This document shows, one piece after another, positions 8,702 through 18,330 of a stretch of 32,000 bases of DNA (positions within the stretch are counted from its first letter, which is position 1; every line of letters begins with the position of its first letter). The notes below the pieces were generated by a model that made no database searches, had not been told where the DNA came from, and saw nothing but the letters and a program-made list of their open reading frames with translations. This DNA comes from Alkalilimnicola ehrlichii MLHE-1. GTDB taxonomy: Bacteria; Pseudomonadota; Gammaproteobacteria; Nitrococcales; Halorhodospiraceae. Position numbers and translations under genes: made by a program. Location: NCBI RefSeq assembly GCF_000014785.1, contig NC_008340.1:2190001-2222000 (forward strand), in the 5' to 3' direction.

Positions 8702-9868
8702 ATGAACGCCCACGATGCCACCGCCTCCCGACGCCCCCGCCGCATCCCGGCCGACCGGTTCTTTTTCCCGGCAGCGGTGACCTATGCCCTGGTGGCGGTG
8801 CCCCTGTCGGTTCAAGGCCTACTGGGCGACCCGGCCTGGGCCCCGGGCCTGGCCAGCCCCTTGGGTCACGGTCAGGGGGTGTTGTTCGGCTTCGCGCTGG
8901 CCCTGGTGGCCGGCTTTCTGGTCACCCGGGTCTCCGCCGGCATCCTGGCCGCGCTGGCGGGGCTCTGGCTGCTGGGCCGGGTGGCGACACTTTGGCCCGC
9001 CGGGATGATCGCGCTGGTACCGGACGCCCTGTTCGTGGTCCTGCTGGCCGTGCTGATCGTCCCTCCCCTGCTCCGCCGGGCCAAGAAGTGGCGCAACCTG
9101 GCCTTCGGCTGGCTGCTGCTGACCATCTGCCTGGCCGCCCTCACCGCGCCGGTGCTGCGGCTGCTAACCCTGCAGGGGCCGGCCTGGCTGCTGCTGCGGG
9201 AGGCGGTGTTGCTGTTCGCCCTACTGATGCTCTTTGTGGGCGGGCGCATCATCGCGCCCGCCGTCGCGGGTGCCATCGAACGCCAGGGCGGCCGCCTGAC
9301 GGCACGGGTGCAACCGCGGCTGGAGGCGGCGCTGCTGATCCTGATGGCGGCGGCCGCGATCGCCCTCGCGCTGCCGACGGCCGGCATACTGGCCGGCTCG
9401 CTGCTTTGGGCGGCGGCGGCCCTGGCCGCCATCCGCCTGCTCCGCTGGCGCCTCTGGCGGTGCCGCCACCGCCCGGACCTGATCACCCTGGGTATCGGCT
9501 ACGCCTGGTTGGTGGTTGGCATCGCCCTGCTGGGCGCCCAGCAGCTGGGCGCAGTGACACCGGGCACCGCCACCCACGCCGTCACCGTCGGCGCGCTGGG
9601 TCATCTCGCCAGCGCCGTGATCACCCGCACCTGGGGGCATCGGCACCGCTGGCGGCCGGAACAGTACCGGTACCTGCTGCCACTCTCCGGGCTGCTCAGC
9701 CTGAGCGCCGCCGCCCGGCTGCTCTGGGCGGATACGGTCACCGGCCTCTGGTTGGCGGCTGGCCTGTGGAGCCTCGCCCTTGGGCTGTTGCTGGCCCAGA
9801 TGGTACGCATGGCCTGGCGGCCCGCCCCAAGACCCGATTCCCCCACCCACCCGTCGGAGAACAGATGA
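8702..9868 (+). CDS. NnrS family membrane protein
   Basis: 388 aa polytopic protein beginning RFFFPAAVTYALVAVPLSV; GHGQGVLFGFALALVAGFLVTR and HAVTVGALGHLASAVITRTWGHRH are NnrS-like. Confidence 0.8.
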   Translation: MNAHDATASRRPRRIPADRFFFPAAVTYALVAVPLSVQGLLGDPAWAPGLASPLGHGQGVLFGFALALVAGFLVTRVSAGILAALAGLWLLGRVATLWPAGMIALVPDALFVVLLAVLIVPPLLRRAKKWRNLAFGWLLLTICLAALTAPVLRLLTLQGPAWLLLREAVLLFALLMLFVGGRIIAPAVAGAIERQGGRLTARVQPRLEAALLILMAAAAIALALPTAGILAGSLLWAAAALAAIRLLRWRLWRCRHRPDLITLGIGYAWLVVGIALLGAQQLGAVTPGTATHAVTVGALGHLASAVITRTWGHRHRWRPEQYRYLLPLSGLLSLSAAARLLWADTVTGLWLAAGLWSLALGLLLAQMVRMAWRPAPRPDSPTHPSENR

Positions 9869-10470
9869 TGGAGCTCTACCTCAATGCCACCTCCCCCTAC
9901 GCCCGCGTGGTCCGCATCGCGGCCCTGGAAAAGGGCCTGGAGACGGCGATCACCCTGCAGTGGTGCGACCCGTGGAGCGACGACCCCCGCCTATTGGCGG
10001 TCAACCCCGCCGCCCGGGTTCCGGCCCTGGTCACGGATGAGGGCCACACCCTGAGCGAGTCCCTGCTCATCGTCCATCACCTGGATGCGGTGGGCCCTGG
10101 GCCGGACCTTGTGCCGCAGGCAGGGCGCAGCGAGACCCTGCAGCAGACGGGCTGGGGTCAGGGCCTGATGGAGGCGGCTTTTCAGACCGTGATCGCCCGC
10201 AAACACCAGGGGGCAGCAGCCGATGAGAGCGTATTGGGGCAGCGACGGCTGCGTGCGATCGATCGCACCCTGGCCGCGCTGGCGGACCACGGGATGGATC
10301 AACCCGGCACGAACACGGTCACTCTGGGGGGAATCGTGGTGGCGGTGGCACTGGATTACCTGCTGTTCCGATTGCCCGAGGTGGCTTGGCAGGACCGTCA
10401 CCCGGCGCTGGCGCGCTGGCACGACGAGATGAGCAATCGGAGCAGTTTCCTCCGGACCCGTTTCCCTTGA
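9865..10470 (+). CDS. Glutathione S-transferase family protein
   Basis: ATG at 9865 overlaps the NnrS stop (ATGA); MMELYLNATSPYARVVRIAALEKGLE...NPAARVPALVTDEGHTLSESLLIVHHLD: GST N-terminal thioredoxin fold and VPAL/ES motif. Confidence 0.88.
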   Translation: MMELYLNATSPYARVVRIAALEKGLETAITLQWCDPWSDDPRLLAVNPAARVPALVTDEGHTLSESLLIVHHLDAVGPGPDLVPQAGRSETLQQTGWGQGLMEAAFQTVIARKHQGAAADESVLGQRRLRAIDRTLAALADHGMDQPGTNTVTLGGIVVAVALDYLLFRLPEVAWQDRHPALARWHDEMSNRSSFLRTRFP

Positions 10471-10492
10471 AGGGGCGTGGGGAAAGAAAGCA

Positions 10493-10520
10493 CCCCACCC
10501 GATGGCGCCATCGGGTGGGG
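10493..10520. terminator. Perfect 28-bp palindrome, possible transcription terminator after the GST gene
   Basis: CCCCACCCGATGGC/GCCATCGGGTGGGG, 14-bp arms without spacer, 22 nt past the GST stop. No T-tract follows, so the terminator role is tentative. Confidence 0.5.
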
Positions 10521-10770
10521 GCATTGGCGGCCTTCCGGCTCTCCGGACCGTACCTTCCAGTGGCGCGGCCGAGGCATCCTTGCTGCGCTTCTTGCTGCAT
10601 CATGCTGAAGTTATATCCCGTCACATCCTTGTGACGGTCGACCTCCCTGTCTGGTTACGTAAGCTACGCCTATTCGGTCATCTATAAATTGACCTGCATC
10701 AATTCATTCGCATCCTTGAGACTTTCTAGTCTATGATTTTATTACTATTCCTCACCCATTATGACTATTT

Positions 10771-12252
10771 CTAATCACCCAAAAGTGGGATTACCAGCAG
10801 GGTGCTCACCAGCACCAGTAATGGCAGGGCCGCCGCGGTAACCCACGCCCCAGCATAGAGCATATCCGTAACCCGAAGCCGTTCGCTGCCAAAGATAATG
10901 GCATTCGGGGGCGTGGCCACAGGGAGCATGAAGGCACAGGAGGCCGCCAGCGCCACCGGCACCGCCAGCAGCAGCGGGTCGAGCTCCAGCATCAAGGCCA
11001 GGGAGACCATCAACGGCAGCAGCGTCGCCGCAGTGGCGGTGTTACTGGTCACGTGGCTAAGCAGCATGGTCAGTGCGGCGATTACCGCAATCAACGACCA
11101 GACCGGCCACCCCGCCAGGTCAGTGAGCAACAGCGCGATGGCGCTGGACAGGCCGCTTTCCTCGATCGCCACCCCCAGGCTCAAACCACCGCCGACCAGC
11201 ACCAGCACTCCCCAAGGCAGCTCGCGGGTCGAGGCCCAGTCCAGCAGGAACTGCTGGCGGCGCCAGTCCACCGGGACCAGAAAAAGCGCCACCCCCGCGG
11301 TCAGGGCGATACCGGCATCACTCAGCACCCCCCACGGCCAGACCTGCTGCAACAAGGGCCGACTGACCCAGGCCAAGGCGGTGAGCGCGAAGATGATCGC
11401 GACCCGGCGCTCGCCCCGGCCGATCCGCCCCAGTGATTTCCGCTGGGTGGCGATCAGCTCCGTGATCCCCTCCATGGTCTGGCGCTCCACGCGGTAGACC
11501 TTGTGGGTCAACAGCCACCAGGTGATCAGCAGCAGGGTCAGCGCCAGCGGGACGCCCAACAACATCCACTGGGCGAAGCCGATCACCACGCCCTGGCGAT
11601 CGGCCAGGAACCCGGCCAGCAGCGCATTGGGCGGCGTCCCAATAAGGGTGCCCATACCGCCGATGTTCGCGGCAAAAGCGATACCGATGAGCAGGCCGAG
11701 GACGAAATCCCGCTCGATCCGCCCCCCTCTGTCCTCCAGCAGGGCAATCACCGACAGTCCGATCGGCAGCATCATGGCAGCGGTGGCGGTGTTGCTGACC
11801 CACATACTGAGGCCCGCCGTGGCGACCATGAAGCCCCCGATCAGCAGGTCCGGCCGCCGGCCGGCAAGGCTCAGGATGGTGATCGCGATACGCCGGTGCA
11901 GATTCCAGCGCTGGATCGCCATGGCCAACAGAAAGCCACCGAGGAAGAGAAAGATCAGCGGGTTGGCGTAGGGGGCCGCGGCACTCTCCACGCTGCTGAC
12001 CCCCATAAGCGGCAGTACCACCACCGGCAACAGGGCCGTGACGGGCAGCGGCAGCGCTTCACTGACCCACCAGGTGGCCATCAACAAGGTCAGCGCGGCG
12101 ACCCGCCAGGCCTCGGGCGAGAGCTCCCCGGGCGGCCCCAGTCCCACCATCAGTGCGAAGAGCGAAGGTCCCAGCAACAGCCCGAACACCCGGCGCCAGT
12201 GATGGGCCGCGCGTTCGGGCTGTTGCGTATTATCGGGACCGGGCGGACTCAC
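10771..12252 (-). CDS. SLC13/DASS family anion symporter (Na+:dicarboxylate/sulfate type)
   Basis: 493 aa polytopic protein with two SNTATAAxxLP motifs (SNTATAAMMLPIG, SNTATAATLLPLM) and NPLIFLFLGGFLLAMAIQRWNLHRRIA; GTG start. Confidence 0.9.
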   Translation of the reverse strand: MSPPGPDNTQQPERAAHHWRRVFGLLLGPSLFALMVGLGPPGELSPEAWRVAALTLLMATWWVSEALPLPVTALLPVVVLPLMGVSSVESAAAPYANPLIFLFLGGFLLAMAIQRWNLHRRIAITILSLAGRRPDLLIGGFMVATAGLSMWVSNTATAAMMLPIGLSVIALLEDRGGRIERDFVLGLLIGIAFAANIGGMGTLIGTPPNALLAGFLADRQGVVIGFAQWMLLGVPLALTLLLITWWLLTHKVYRVERQTMEGITELIATQRKSLGRIGRGERRVAIIFALTALAWVSRPLLQQVWPWGVLSDAGIALTAGVALFLVPVDWRRQQFLLDWASTRELPWGVLVLVGGGLSLGVAIEESGLSSAIALLLTDLAGWPVWSLIAVIAALTMLLSHVTSNTATAATLLPLMVSLALMLELDPLLLAVPVALAASCAFMLPVATPPNAIIFGSERLRVTDMLYAGAWVTAAALPLLVLVSTLLVIPLLGD

Positions 12253-12253
12253 C

Positions 12254-13879
12254 TCAGACCTTGAACTGCCCCACCAGCCCCTTCAGCTCCCGGGCCAGTT
12301 TCGCCAGCTCATCGCCAGCAGTGGCGGTCTCGCGGGACCCGTTGGCCGTCTGCTCGGCCACATCGGTGATGCTGGTGATATTGCGGTTGATCTCCTCGGC
12401 CACCGCGCTCTGCTCCTCAGCCGCACTGGCGATCTGCTCGTTGGAGCTGCTGATGGTCTGTACCGAGGAGGCGATCTCCTTCAAAGCCTCGCCGGCATCG
12501 CCCGCCTGCCCCACGGTCTGCTGCGCCTGGCCGTAACCGGCCTCCATGACCTGGACCGCGGTCTGGGTCTCCTGCTGCAGGCCGCTGATCATCTCCTGGA
12601 TGCTCTGGGTGGACTCGTGGGTCCGGCTGGCCAGCGAGCGGACCTCGTCGGCGACCACGGCAAAGCCGCGACCGGCGTCGCCGGCGCGGGCCGCCTCGAT
12701 GGCGGCGTTGAGCGCCAGCAGGTTGGTCTGTTCGGCGATCTCCCGAATCAGGTCGGAGACCTCACCGATGCGCTCGCTGTCCACTGCCAGCTTGCGGATC
12801 ACCTCAGAGGCCTTCTGCACCTCCTCGGCCAACCGGTCGATGCTGGCGATGGTGCGCTCCACCACATCCTGGCCCCGCTCCGAGGCCTCGGCACCGGCGC
12901 GGGTGGCCTGGGCGGCGTCCTGCGCGTTGCGGGCCACCTCCTGGGCGGTGGCGGTCATCTCATTCATGGCCGTCGCCACCTGTTCGATCTGCTCGCGCTG
13001 GGACTCCACCCCCTGGTTGGTCTGCACGGTCACGGACGAGACCCGGTCTGCGGCATCGGTCAGCCGGCTGGCGGTGTTGACCACCCGTTTCACCAGGTCG
13101 TGGAACTTGTCCATGGTGTGGTTGAAGGCCAGCGAGGCCTTGCCGATCTCATCCGTGCCCCGGTCGGGCAGCCGGCGGGTCAGATCCCCGTCACCGCTGG
13201 CGATGTCCTCCAGCCGCTCGGTCATATCGCTGAGCGGCGCGGAGACGAAGCGTTTGATGAACAGATAGACCACGCCCAGCAAGGGGATGCTGAGCAACAC
13301 CGCCAGGCCGAAGACCAGGGTGCCAAAGCGGAACACGGCCTGGTTCACCTCCTGCAGGCCGATGCGCATGCTGACCGCCCCCAACACCTCGTCCTCCTCG
13401 GCCATGGCGTGACAGGCCATGCAGTTTTTACCCAGGTAGTCCCGCGCGTTGACGTTCGGGATGACCGCGTAAAGGTGATCACCCCCCGGCTCCACCTCGA
13501 TATGCGCCTCACCGCTGGCCAGCACCTGCTCCTCGACGGCATTGGCCGGCTGGCTCACCGCCAACCCCTCGCCGAACTGCCGGCTGACGGCCTCGGAGCG
13601 CAGCACGCGCAGGTCCTCCATGTTGTGGAGGGCGAGGATCTGGTCCAGGAACTCGTCCCGGTCATCCATCTTCCAGAGGATCATCAGCGTGGTGAGACCG
13701 GCCATGGTCATTTCATTCATGGTCTCACTGAAGGTGACCGCCTGGGTGAGCGCGGTGTTGCGCTGTTCGTAGACCGACCAGGCGATGAGCGCACTCCAGG
13801 CGACCACCAGCATGAGCCAGATGGCCAGCAGCAGCCGCACCCAGATTGGCCAGTTGTTGAAGCGATTGACAAGATTCAT
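12254..13879 (-). CDS. Methyl-accepting chemotaxis protein with a putative c-type heme site in the periplasmic sensor region
   Basis: 541 aa; two TM segments, periplasmic [24 protein letters not shown] (CxxCH at 13409..13423), HAMP, and MCP signalling core [43 protein letters not shown]. Confidence 0.93.
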   Translation of the reverse strand: MNLVNRFNNWPIWVRLLLAIWLMLVVAWSALIAWSVYEQRNTALTQAVTFSETMNEMTMAGLTTLMILWKMDDRDEFLDQILALHNMEDLRVLRSEAVSRQFGEGLAVSQPANAVEEQVLASGEAHIEVEPGGDHLYAVIPNVNARDYLGKNCMACHAMAEEDEVLGAVSMRIGLQEVNQAVFRFGTLVFGLAVLLSIPLLGVVYLFIKRFVSAPLSDMTERLEDIASGDGDLTRRLPDRGTDEIGKASLAFNHTMDKFHDLVKRVVNTASRLTDAADRVSSVTVQTNQGVESQREQIEQVATAMNEMTATAQEVARNAQDAAQATRAGAEASERGQDVVERTIASIDRLAEEVQKASEVIRKLAVDSERIGEVSDLIREIAEQTNLLALNAAIEAARAGDAGRGFAVVADEVRSLASRTHESTQSIQEMISGLQQETQTAVQVMEAGYGQAQQTVGQAGDAGEALKEIASSVQTISSSNEQIASAAEEQSAVAEEINRNITSITDVAEQTANGSRETATAGDELAKLARELKGLVGQFKV

Positions 13880-13983
13880 TGGACACCTGCCCCGTAAGGT
13901 CCTTTTCAGTCATGGCGTGCCCTCTTAACATCGACGCCTTACGGGGTAACTTGAGCGGGTGCGGCAAACGGTGCCCTCCGGTG

Positions 13984-15354
13984 TCAGAAGCCCATGCCCG
14001 GCGGCAACTGTCCGCCGCCCCCGCCGAGCTGGCGCATCATCCGCTGCATGCCGCCCTTTTTCTTCATCTGCTTCATCATCTTCTGCATCTGTTTGAACTG
14101 CTTGAGCAGGCGGTTGACCTCCTGCACCTGGGTGCCGGAGCCCTGGGCGATGCGGCGCTTGCGGGAGCCGTTGATGATATCGGGCCGGCGCCGTTCATCC
14201 GGGGTCATGGAATTGATGATGGCCACCAGGCGGCGCACCTGCTTGTCGTCCATCCGGCCCTTGACCTGCTCGGACATGTTGCCCATGCCCGGCATCTTGT
14301 CCATCAGCCCACCGATGCCCCCCAGCTTGTTCACCTGCTCCATCTGCGACTTGAAGTCCTCAAGGTCGAAGCCCTTGCCCTTCTTGAGCTTCTTGCTGAG
14401 CTTCTCGGCCTCGCTGCGGTCGACCTTGCGCTCCACCTCCTCGACCAGGGAGAGCACGTCGCCCATGCCGAGGATCCGGGAGGCGACCCGGTCGGGGTGG
14501 AAGGGCTCCAGGGCGGTGGTCTTCTCCCCCACCCCCAGGAACTTGATGGGCTTGCCCGTGATGTGGCGGATGGACAGGGCCGCCCCGCCCCGGGCGTCGC
14601 CATCGGTCTTGGTCAGGATCACGCCGGTGAGCGGCAGGGCGTCGTGGAAGGCGCGCGCGGTGTTGGCCGCGTCCTGGCCGGTCATGCTGTCGACCACGAA
14701 CAGCGTCTCCACCGGCGTCACGGCCTTGTGCAGGCGCTGCACCTCGTCCATGAGGTCCTGATCGATATGCAGCCGGCCGGCGGTGTCCACCAGCAGGACG
14801 TCGAAAAACTGCTTGCGGGCGTGATCCAGCGCCGCCCGGGCGATCCGCTCCGGGTCCTGATCGGCGGCGCTGGGGAACCACTCCACGCCCACCTCGTCGG
14901 CGAGGGTACGCAGCTGCTCGATGGCCGCCGGGCGGTAGATGTCGCAACTGACCACCAGCACCTTTTTCTTCTCCCGCTCGGTGAGATAGCGGGCGAGCTT
15001 AGCGGTGCTGGTGGTCTTGCCCGAGCCCTGCAAGCCGGCGAGCAGCACCACCGCTGGCGGCTTGGCGGCCAGGTCCAGGGCGTCGTTCTCTTCGCCCATG
15101 ACCTGGACCAGTTCGTCCTTGACGATCTTGATCAGTGCCTGTCCGGGGGTGAGGCTTTTCATCACCTCCGCCCCCATGGCGCGCTCGCGCACCTGGGCGA
15201 TGAACTCGCGCACCACCGGCAGGGCCACATCGGCCTCCAGCAGCGCCATGCGCACTTCGCGCAGGGTATCTTTGATGTTGTCCTCGGTCAGACGCCCTTT
15301 GCCGCGCAAGCGGCCCATGGCGTCCGAGAGGCGTCCACTGAGGTTGTCAAACAT
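13984..15354 (-). CDS. ffh: Signal recognition particle protein Ffh (SRP54)
   Basis: 456 aa; MFDNLSGRLSDAMGRLRGKGRLTEDNIKDTLREVRMALLEADV, GLQGSGKTTSTAKLA, DTAGRLHID, and Met-rich M domain ending GGGGQLPPGMGF. Confidence 0.98.
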   Translation of the reverse strand: MFDNLSGRLSDAMGRLRGKGRLTEDNIKDTLREVRMALLEADVALPVVREFIAQVRERAMGAEVMKSLTPGQALIKIVKDELVQVMGEENDALDLAAKPPAVVLLAGLQGSGKTTSTAKLARYLTEREKKKVLVVSCDIYRPAAIEQLRTLADEVGVEWFPSAADQDPERIARAALDHARKQFFDVLLVDTAGRLHIDQDLMDEVQRLHKAVTPVETLFVVDSMTGQDAANTARAFHDALPLTGVILTKTDGDARGGAALSIRHITGKPIKFLGVGEKTTALEPFHPDRVASRILGMGDVLSLVEEVERKVDRSEAEKLSKKLKKGKGFDLEDFKSQMEQVNKLGGIGGLMDKMPGMGNMSEQVKGRMDDKQVRRLVAIINSMTPDERRRPDIINGSRKRRIAQGSGTQVQEVNRLLKQFKQMQKMMKQMKKKGGMQRMMRQLGGGGGQLPPGMGF

Positions 15355-15531
15355 GGTTCATCTCGTCCCGTTGCCGGGGGTGGGCGTCCACCCACCCGGA
15401 GTTTGGCATCAGTATATCGTTAGCGGCCTTCGCTGACTTCCCGTGTTTCAGCTTGTATGCGATGATCAGCGCAGATTCCCAGTTTGCCCCCCTGTTTCCC
15501 GGGGGCTGCCCGGAGACGCTTCAACCTGACC

Positions 15532-16326
15532 ATGCTGTTGCTTATCGCCATGCTGGCCGCCGCTCTCCACCTTCTGGCCGGCGGCCTGCTGTTCCTACGC
15601 CTGATCCACGGCACCGCCCGGGTGACGGGCCGCGGCCTGCCCCTGGGGCTGGCGGCGGTGGCGGCGCTGCTGCACGCGGTCGTGGTCTGGTCGGCGGTGT
15701 GGACACCGGTTGGGCTCAACCTGGGCTTTTTCAATGCCCTGGCGGTGGTCAGCCTGTTCATGGTGGTGGGCATGCTGCTGGCCACCAGTCGCCTGCCGGT
15801 CTGCCACCTCGGTGTCATCCTGCTGCCGATCAGCGCCTTCAGTGTGCTGATGGCCTGCACCCCCGACTGCGGCACGGTGGTGCCGCGCGAGCCCGGGGTC
15901 GACCTGCACATCCTCACCTCCATGCTCGGCTACAGCACCCTGGCCCTGGCGGCCATTCAGGCGCTGATCCTGGCCGCCCTGGATTACCGCCTGCGGCACC
16001 GGCGCATGGGGGGCTTCGTGCGCCGGCTGCCGGCACTCAACACCATGGAGCAACAGCTGTTCGGGATGCTCTGGCTGGGCTTCGCGCTGCTCTCCGTGGG
16101 CCTGCTCACCGGCCTGGTGTTCGTGGATGACCTGCTGGCCCAGCACCTGGTCCACAAGACCACGCTCTCGGTGGTCGCCTGGGTGGTCTTCGGCACGCTG
16201 CTGGTGGGCCGCTGGCGGCTGGGCTGGCGGGGCCAGACCGCCGTGCGCTGGACGCTCGGCGGCTTCGCCGCACTGATGCTGGCCTATTTCGGCAGCAAAT
16301 TCGTGCTGGAATTGCTACTCGCCTGA
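15532..16326 (+). CDS. ypjD: YpjD/CcsA-like cytochrome c assembly-type inner membrane protein
   Basis: Polytopic MLLLIAMLAAALHLLAGGLLF...DLHILTSMLGYSTLALAAIQALILAALDYRLRH...WLGFALLSVGLLTGLVF...HKTTLSVVAWVVFGTLLVGRWRLGWRGQTAVRWTLGGF; divergent from ffh, a common arrangement. The supplied ORF begins at an upstream TTG (15484). Confidence 0.87.
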   Translation: MLLLIAMLAAALHLLAGGLLFLRLIHGTARVTGRGLPLGLAAVAALLHAVVVWSAVWTPVGLNLGFFNALAVVSLFMVVGMLLATSRLPVCHLGVILLPISAFSVLMACTPDCGTVVPREPGVDLHILTSMLGYSTLALAAIQALILAALDYRLRHRRMGGFVRRLPALNTMEQQLFGMLWLGFALLSVGLLTGLVFVDDLLAQHLVHKTTLSVVAWVVFGTLLVGRWRLGWRGQTAVRWTLGGFAALMLAYFGSKFVLELLLA

Positions 16327-16378
16327 CCTGGGGCGGCCGGCGGCGGGCCCTCACTGCCCCACCGCCGCTGTTTCGCGA

Positions 16379-16957
16379 CTAGAAGTAGGCCGGCTCGTTC
16401 CCCGGTTTCCACTTGATATTGCAGCCCATGCTCGGCCGCTGCTGCTCCTCAGGGAGGGTCTCGCCCCGGAGCAGGGCGTCGGCGGCCGCCCGCAAGTCCC
16501 GTCCGTCCACCGGTTGGTCATTGCCGGGTGTGGCCGCATCAAACCGGCCCCGGTAGACGAGCTTGAGATCGGCATCAAACAGGAAGAAGTCCGGGGTGCA
16601 GGCCGCACCGTATGCCTTGGCCACCTCCTGGGTCTCGTCCAGCAGATAGGGGAAGTCGTACCCCGCCACCCGCTTCTCCTCGGCCATGGCCTCCAGGTTG
16701 TCCTGGGGGTAGGCCTCGATGTCGTTGGCGCTGATCGCCACGGTGTTGATGCCCTTGCTGGCGTAGTCCCGGGCGAACGCCGCCAGCCCACCGCGGATGT
16801 GCTTGACGTAGGGGCAGTGGTTACAGATGAAGGCCACCAGCAGGCCGCGCCCGCCACGGACCTGCTCCAGGCTGACCTCGCCACCCTCGGTGGAAGGCAG
16901 GGTGAAGTCCGGGGCCGCTGTCCCCAGCGGCATCATTGTCGATTCGGTCCTTACCAT
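16379..16957 (-). CDS. Thioredoxin-fold (AhpC/TSA-type redoxin) family protein
   Basis: From MVRTESTMM: PLGTAAPDFTLPSTEGGEVSLEQVRGGRGLLVAFICNHCPYVKHI, with CNHC redox motif and C-terminal PSMGCNIKWKPGNEPAYF typical of the family. Confidence 0.88.
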   Translation of the reverse strand: MVRTESTMMPLGTAAPDFTLPSTEGGEVSLEQVRGGRGLLVAFICNHCPYVKHIRGGLAAFARDYASKGINTVAISANDIEAYPQDNLEAMAEEKRVAGYDFPYLLDETQEVAKAYGAACTPDFFLFDADLKLVYRGRFDAATPGNDQPVDGRDLRAAADALLRGETLPEEQQRPSMGCNIKWKPGNEPAYF

Positions 16958-17054
16958 GGTATCGGCTCCTTGGTTCACTCGTTGCGTAGCCCGCCAGGCG
17001 TTCCGCCGTCCGGCGCGGCCGGGCTTCAACATACCCCCGTTCCCGGACATAAGA

Positions 17055-17084
17055 AAAGGCCTGCCGGTAGCGGCAGGCCTTTTC
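17055..17084. terminator. Rho-independent terminator, likely bidirectional, for dctP
   Basis: AAAAGGCCTGCCG-GTAG-CGGCAGGCCTTTT: perfect 13-bp arms, 4-nt loop, T-tract on both strands; lies downstream of dctP. Confidence 0.88.
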
Positions 17085-17136
17085 CATTGGGGCCAGGCCC
17101 CTTGGCCGGCCACGGGCCGACCTGGGTCGGGCACGC

Positions 17137-18204
17137 TCAGTCCCGGTGCGCCTCCACCGTCTCCAGCAGGAGGTCCAGGATCTGGCCACCCCGCTCGCCG
17201 GTCATCTCCACGTAGGTGTCACGCACCGGCATGCTGGCCTCGCGGAAGGCCTCGCGGGTCTCCTCGTCGATATCGATAATCTCCACATCCGGCCGCGCCT
17301 CGAGGATCTGGTCCATGCGGCGGTCGTTGAGCTCCACCTGGACCTCGTGGATGTACTCCACCAACTCCTCGTTGACCTCACGGATGACCTGCCTGTGCTC
17401 CTCGGAGAGGTTGTCCCAGAAGTCCCGGTTGGCCAGCCAGGCGGCGACGAAGGGCTTGTGCCGGCCAAAGATCATGTAGTCCTGGACTTCGTAGAAGCTC
17501 ATCTCCTGGTGGGCGAACACCGGCTGGATGTTGGCGTCAATGGAACCGGTCTCCAGCGCACCGTAGATGTCGGCATAGCTGACGGAGGTCGGATCGGCGC
17601 CGTAAGCGCTGTAGGTCTGGCGCAGCAGACGGTTATCCATCACGCGGATGCGCACGCCCTCGAAGTCCTCCACGCTGCGAATCTCTACATTACCGGCCCA
17701 GACCTGCCAGCCCTCAGGGACCAATGAGAGGATCTGGACATCGCGGTCGCGGAAGGCCGATTGCAGCGGGTCACTCCAGAGAAATGCCTCATCGTTGAGG
17801 ATCTGGGTGTTGGTCCACTCGTCGTCGGTCAGCACGAAACTCAGGCTGAAGACGTCGTTTTCCGGGACCACCCCGCCGAAGAAGCCGGAACCAAAGCCGA
17901 ACTGCACGGCCCCGTCCTGAAGCTGGGTGTAGATCTCATCGAAGCTCGGGCTCAGCTCACCGTAGCTGTAGATGACGAACTCCACATCGTCCGTGCGCTC
18001 CTCCACCAGCTCGGCAAAGCGTTCCGCATAGCGGTGCTGGACACTACCCTCGATCTCCTCCAGAGCGACGCGCCAGGTCTGCATCTCGGGCGCGGGCGCG
18101 GCCGCCTCACCATTCGCCTCGGTATCCGGCGCATCCCCCCCGCAGGCCGAGAGACCCAAAGCTGTCACAGCAGCCGTGGAGATCAGCCAAGACGTTCTCT
18201 TCAT
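17137..18204 (-). CDS. dctP: TRAP transporter substrate-binding protein (DctP family), predicted lipoprotein
   Basis: MKRTSWLISTAAVTALGLSACGG (lipobox LSAC) then VALEEIEGSVQHRYAERFAELVEERTDDVEFVIYSYGELSP...LQDGAVQFGFGS...GVRIRVMDNRLLRQTYSAYGADPTSVSYADIYGALETGSIDANIQP: DctP signatures. Adjacent to dctQM. Confidence 0.92.
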   Translation of the reverse strand: MKRTSWLISTAAVTALGLSACGGDAPDTEANGEAAAPAPEMQTWRVALEEIEGSVQHRYAERFAELVEERTDDVEFVIYSYGELSPSFDEIYTQLQDGAVQFGFGSGFFGGVVPENDVFSLSFVLTDDEWTNTQILNDEAFLWSDPLQSAFRDRDVQILSLVPEGWQVWAGNVEIRSVEDFEGVRIRVMDNRLLRQTYSAYGADPTSVSYADIYGALETGSIDANIQPVFAHQEMSFYEVQDYMIFGRHKPFVAAWLANRDFWDNLSEEHRQVIREVNEELVEYIHEVQVELNDRRMDQILEARPDVEIIDIDEETREAFREASMPVRDTYVEMTGERGGQILDLLLETVEAHRD

Positions 18205-18330
18205 CAGAGTCTCCTTAGTTATCCAACAATGCACGCTTTCAATTGCCCGGCGTGGACCCCACAGGTCCCAGGCCGGCCGACGGTAATCACGCGTCTTTTA
18301 CAACCCTAGCACAGAGTGGCCGCATGCACG

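Noticed and set aside
8992-9864. Alternative frame upstream of the GST (492-aa ORF starting at 8992)
   Set aside because: The upstream portion overlaps nnrS and is Pro/Arg/Gly-rich noise; the GST homology begins at the ATGA overlap at 9865.
12617-15423. Plus-strand ORFs of 426 aa (12617..13897) and 514 aa (13879..15423)
   Set aside because: Mirror frames of the MCP and ffh genes, with compositionally biased sequence and no domain signatures.
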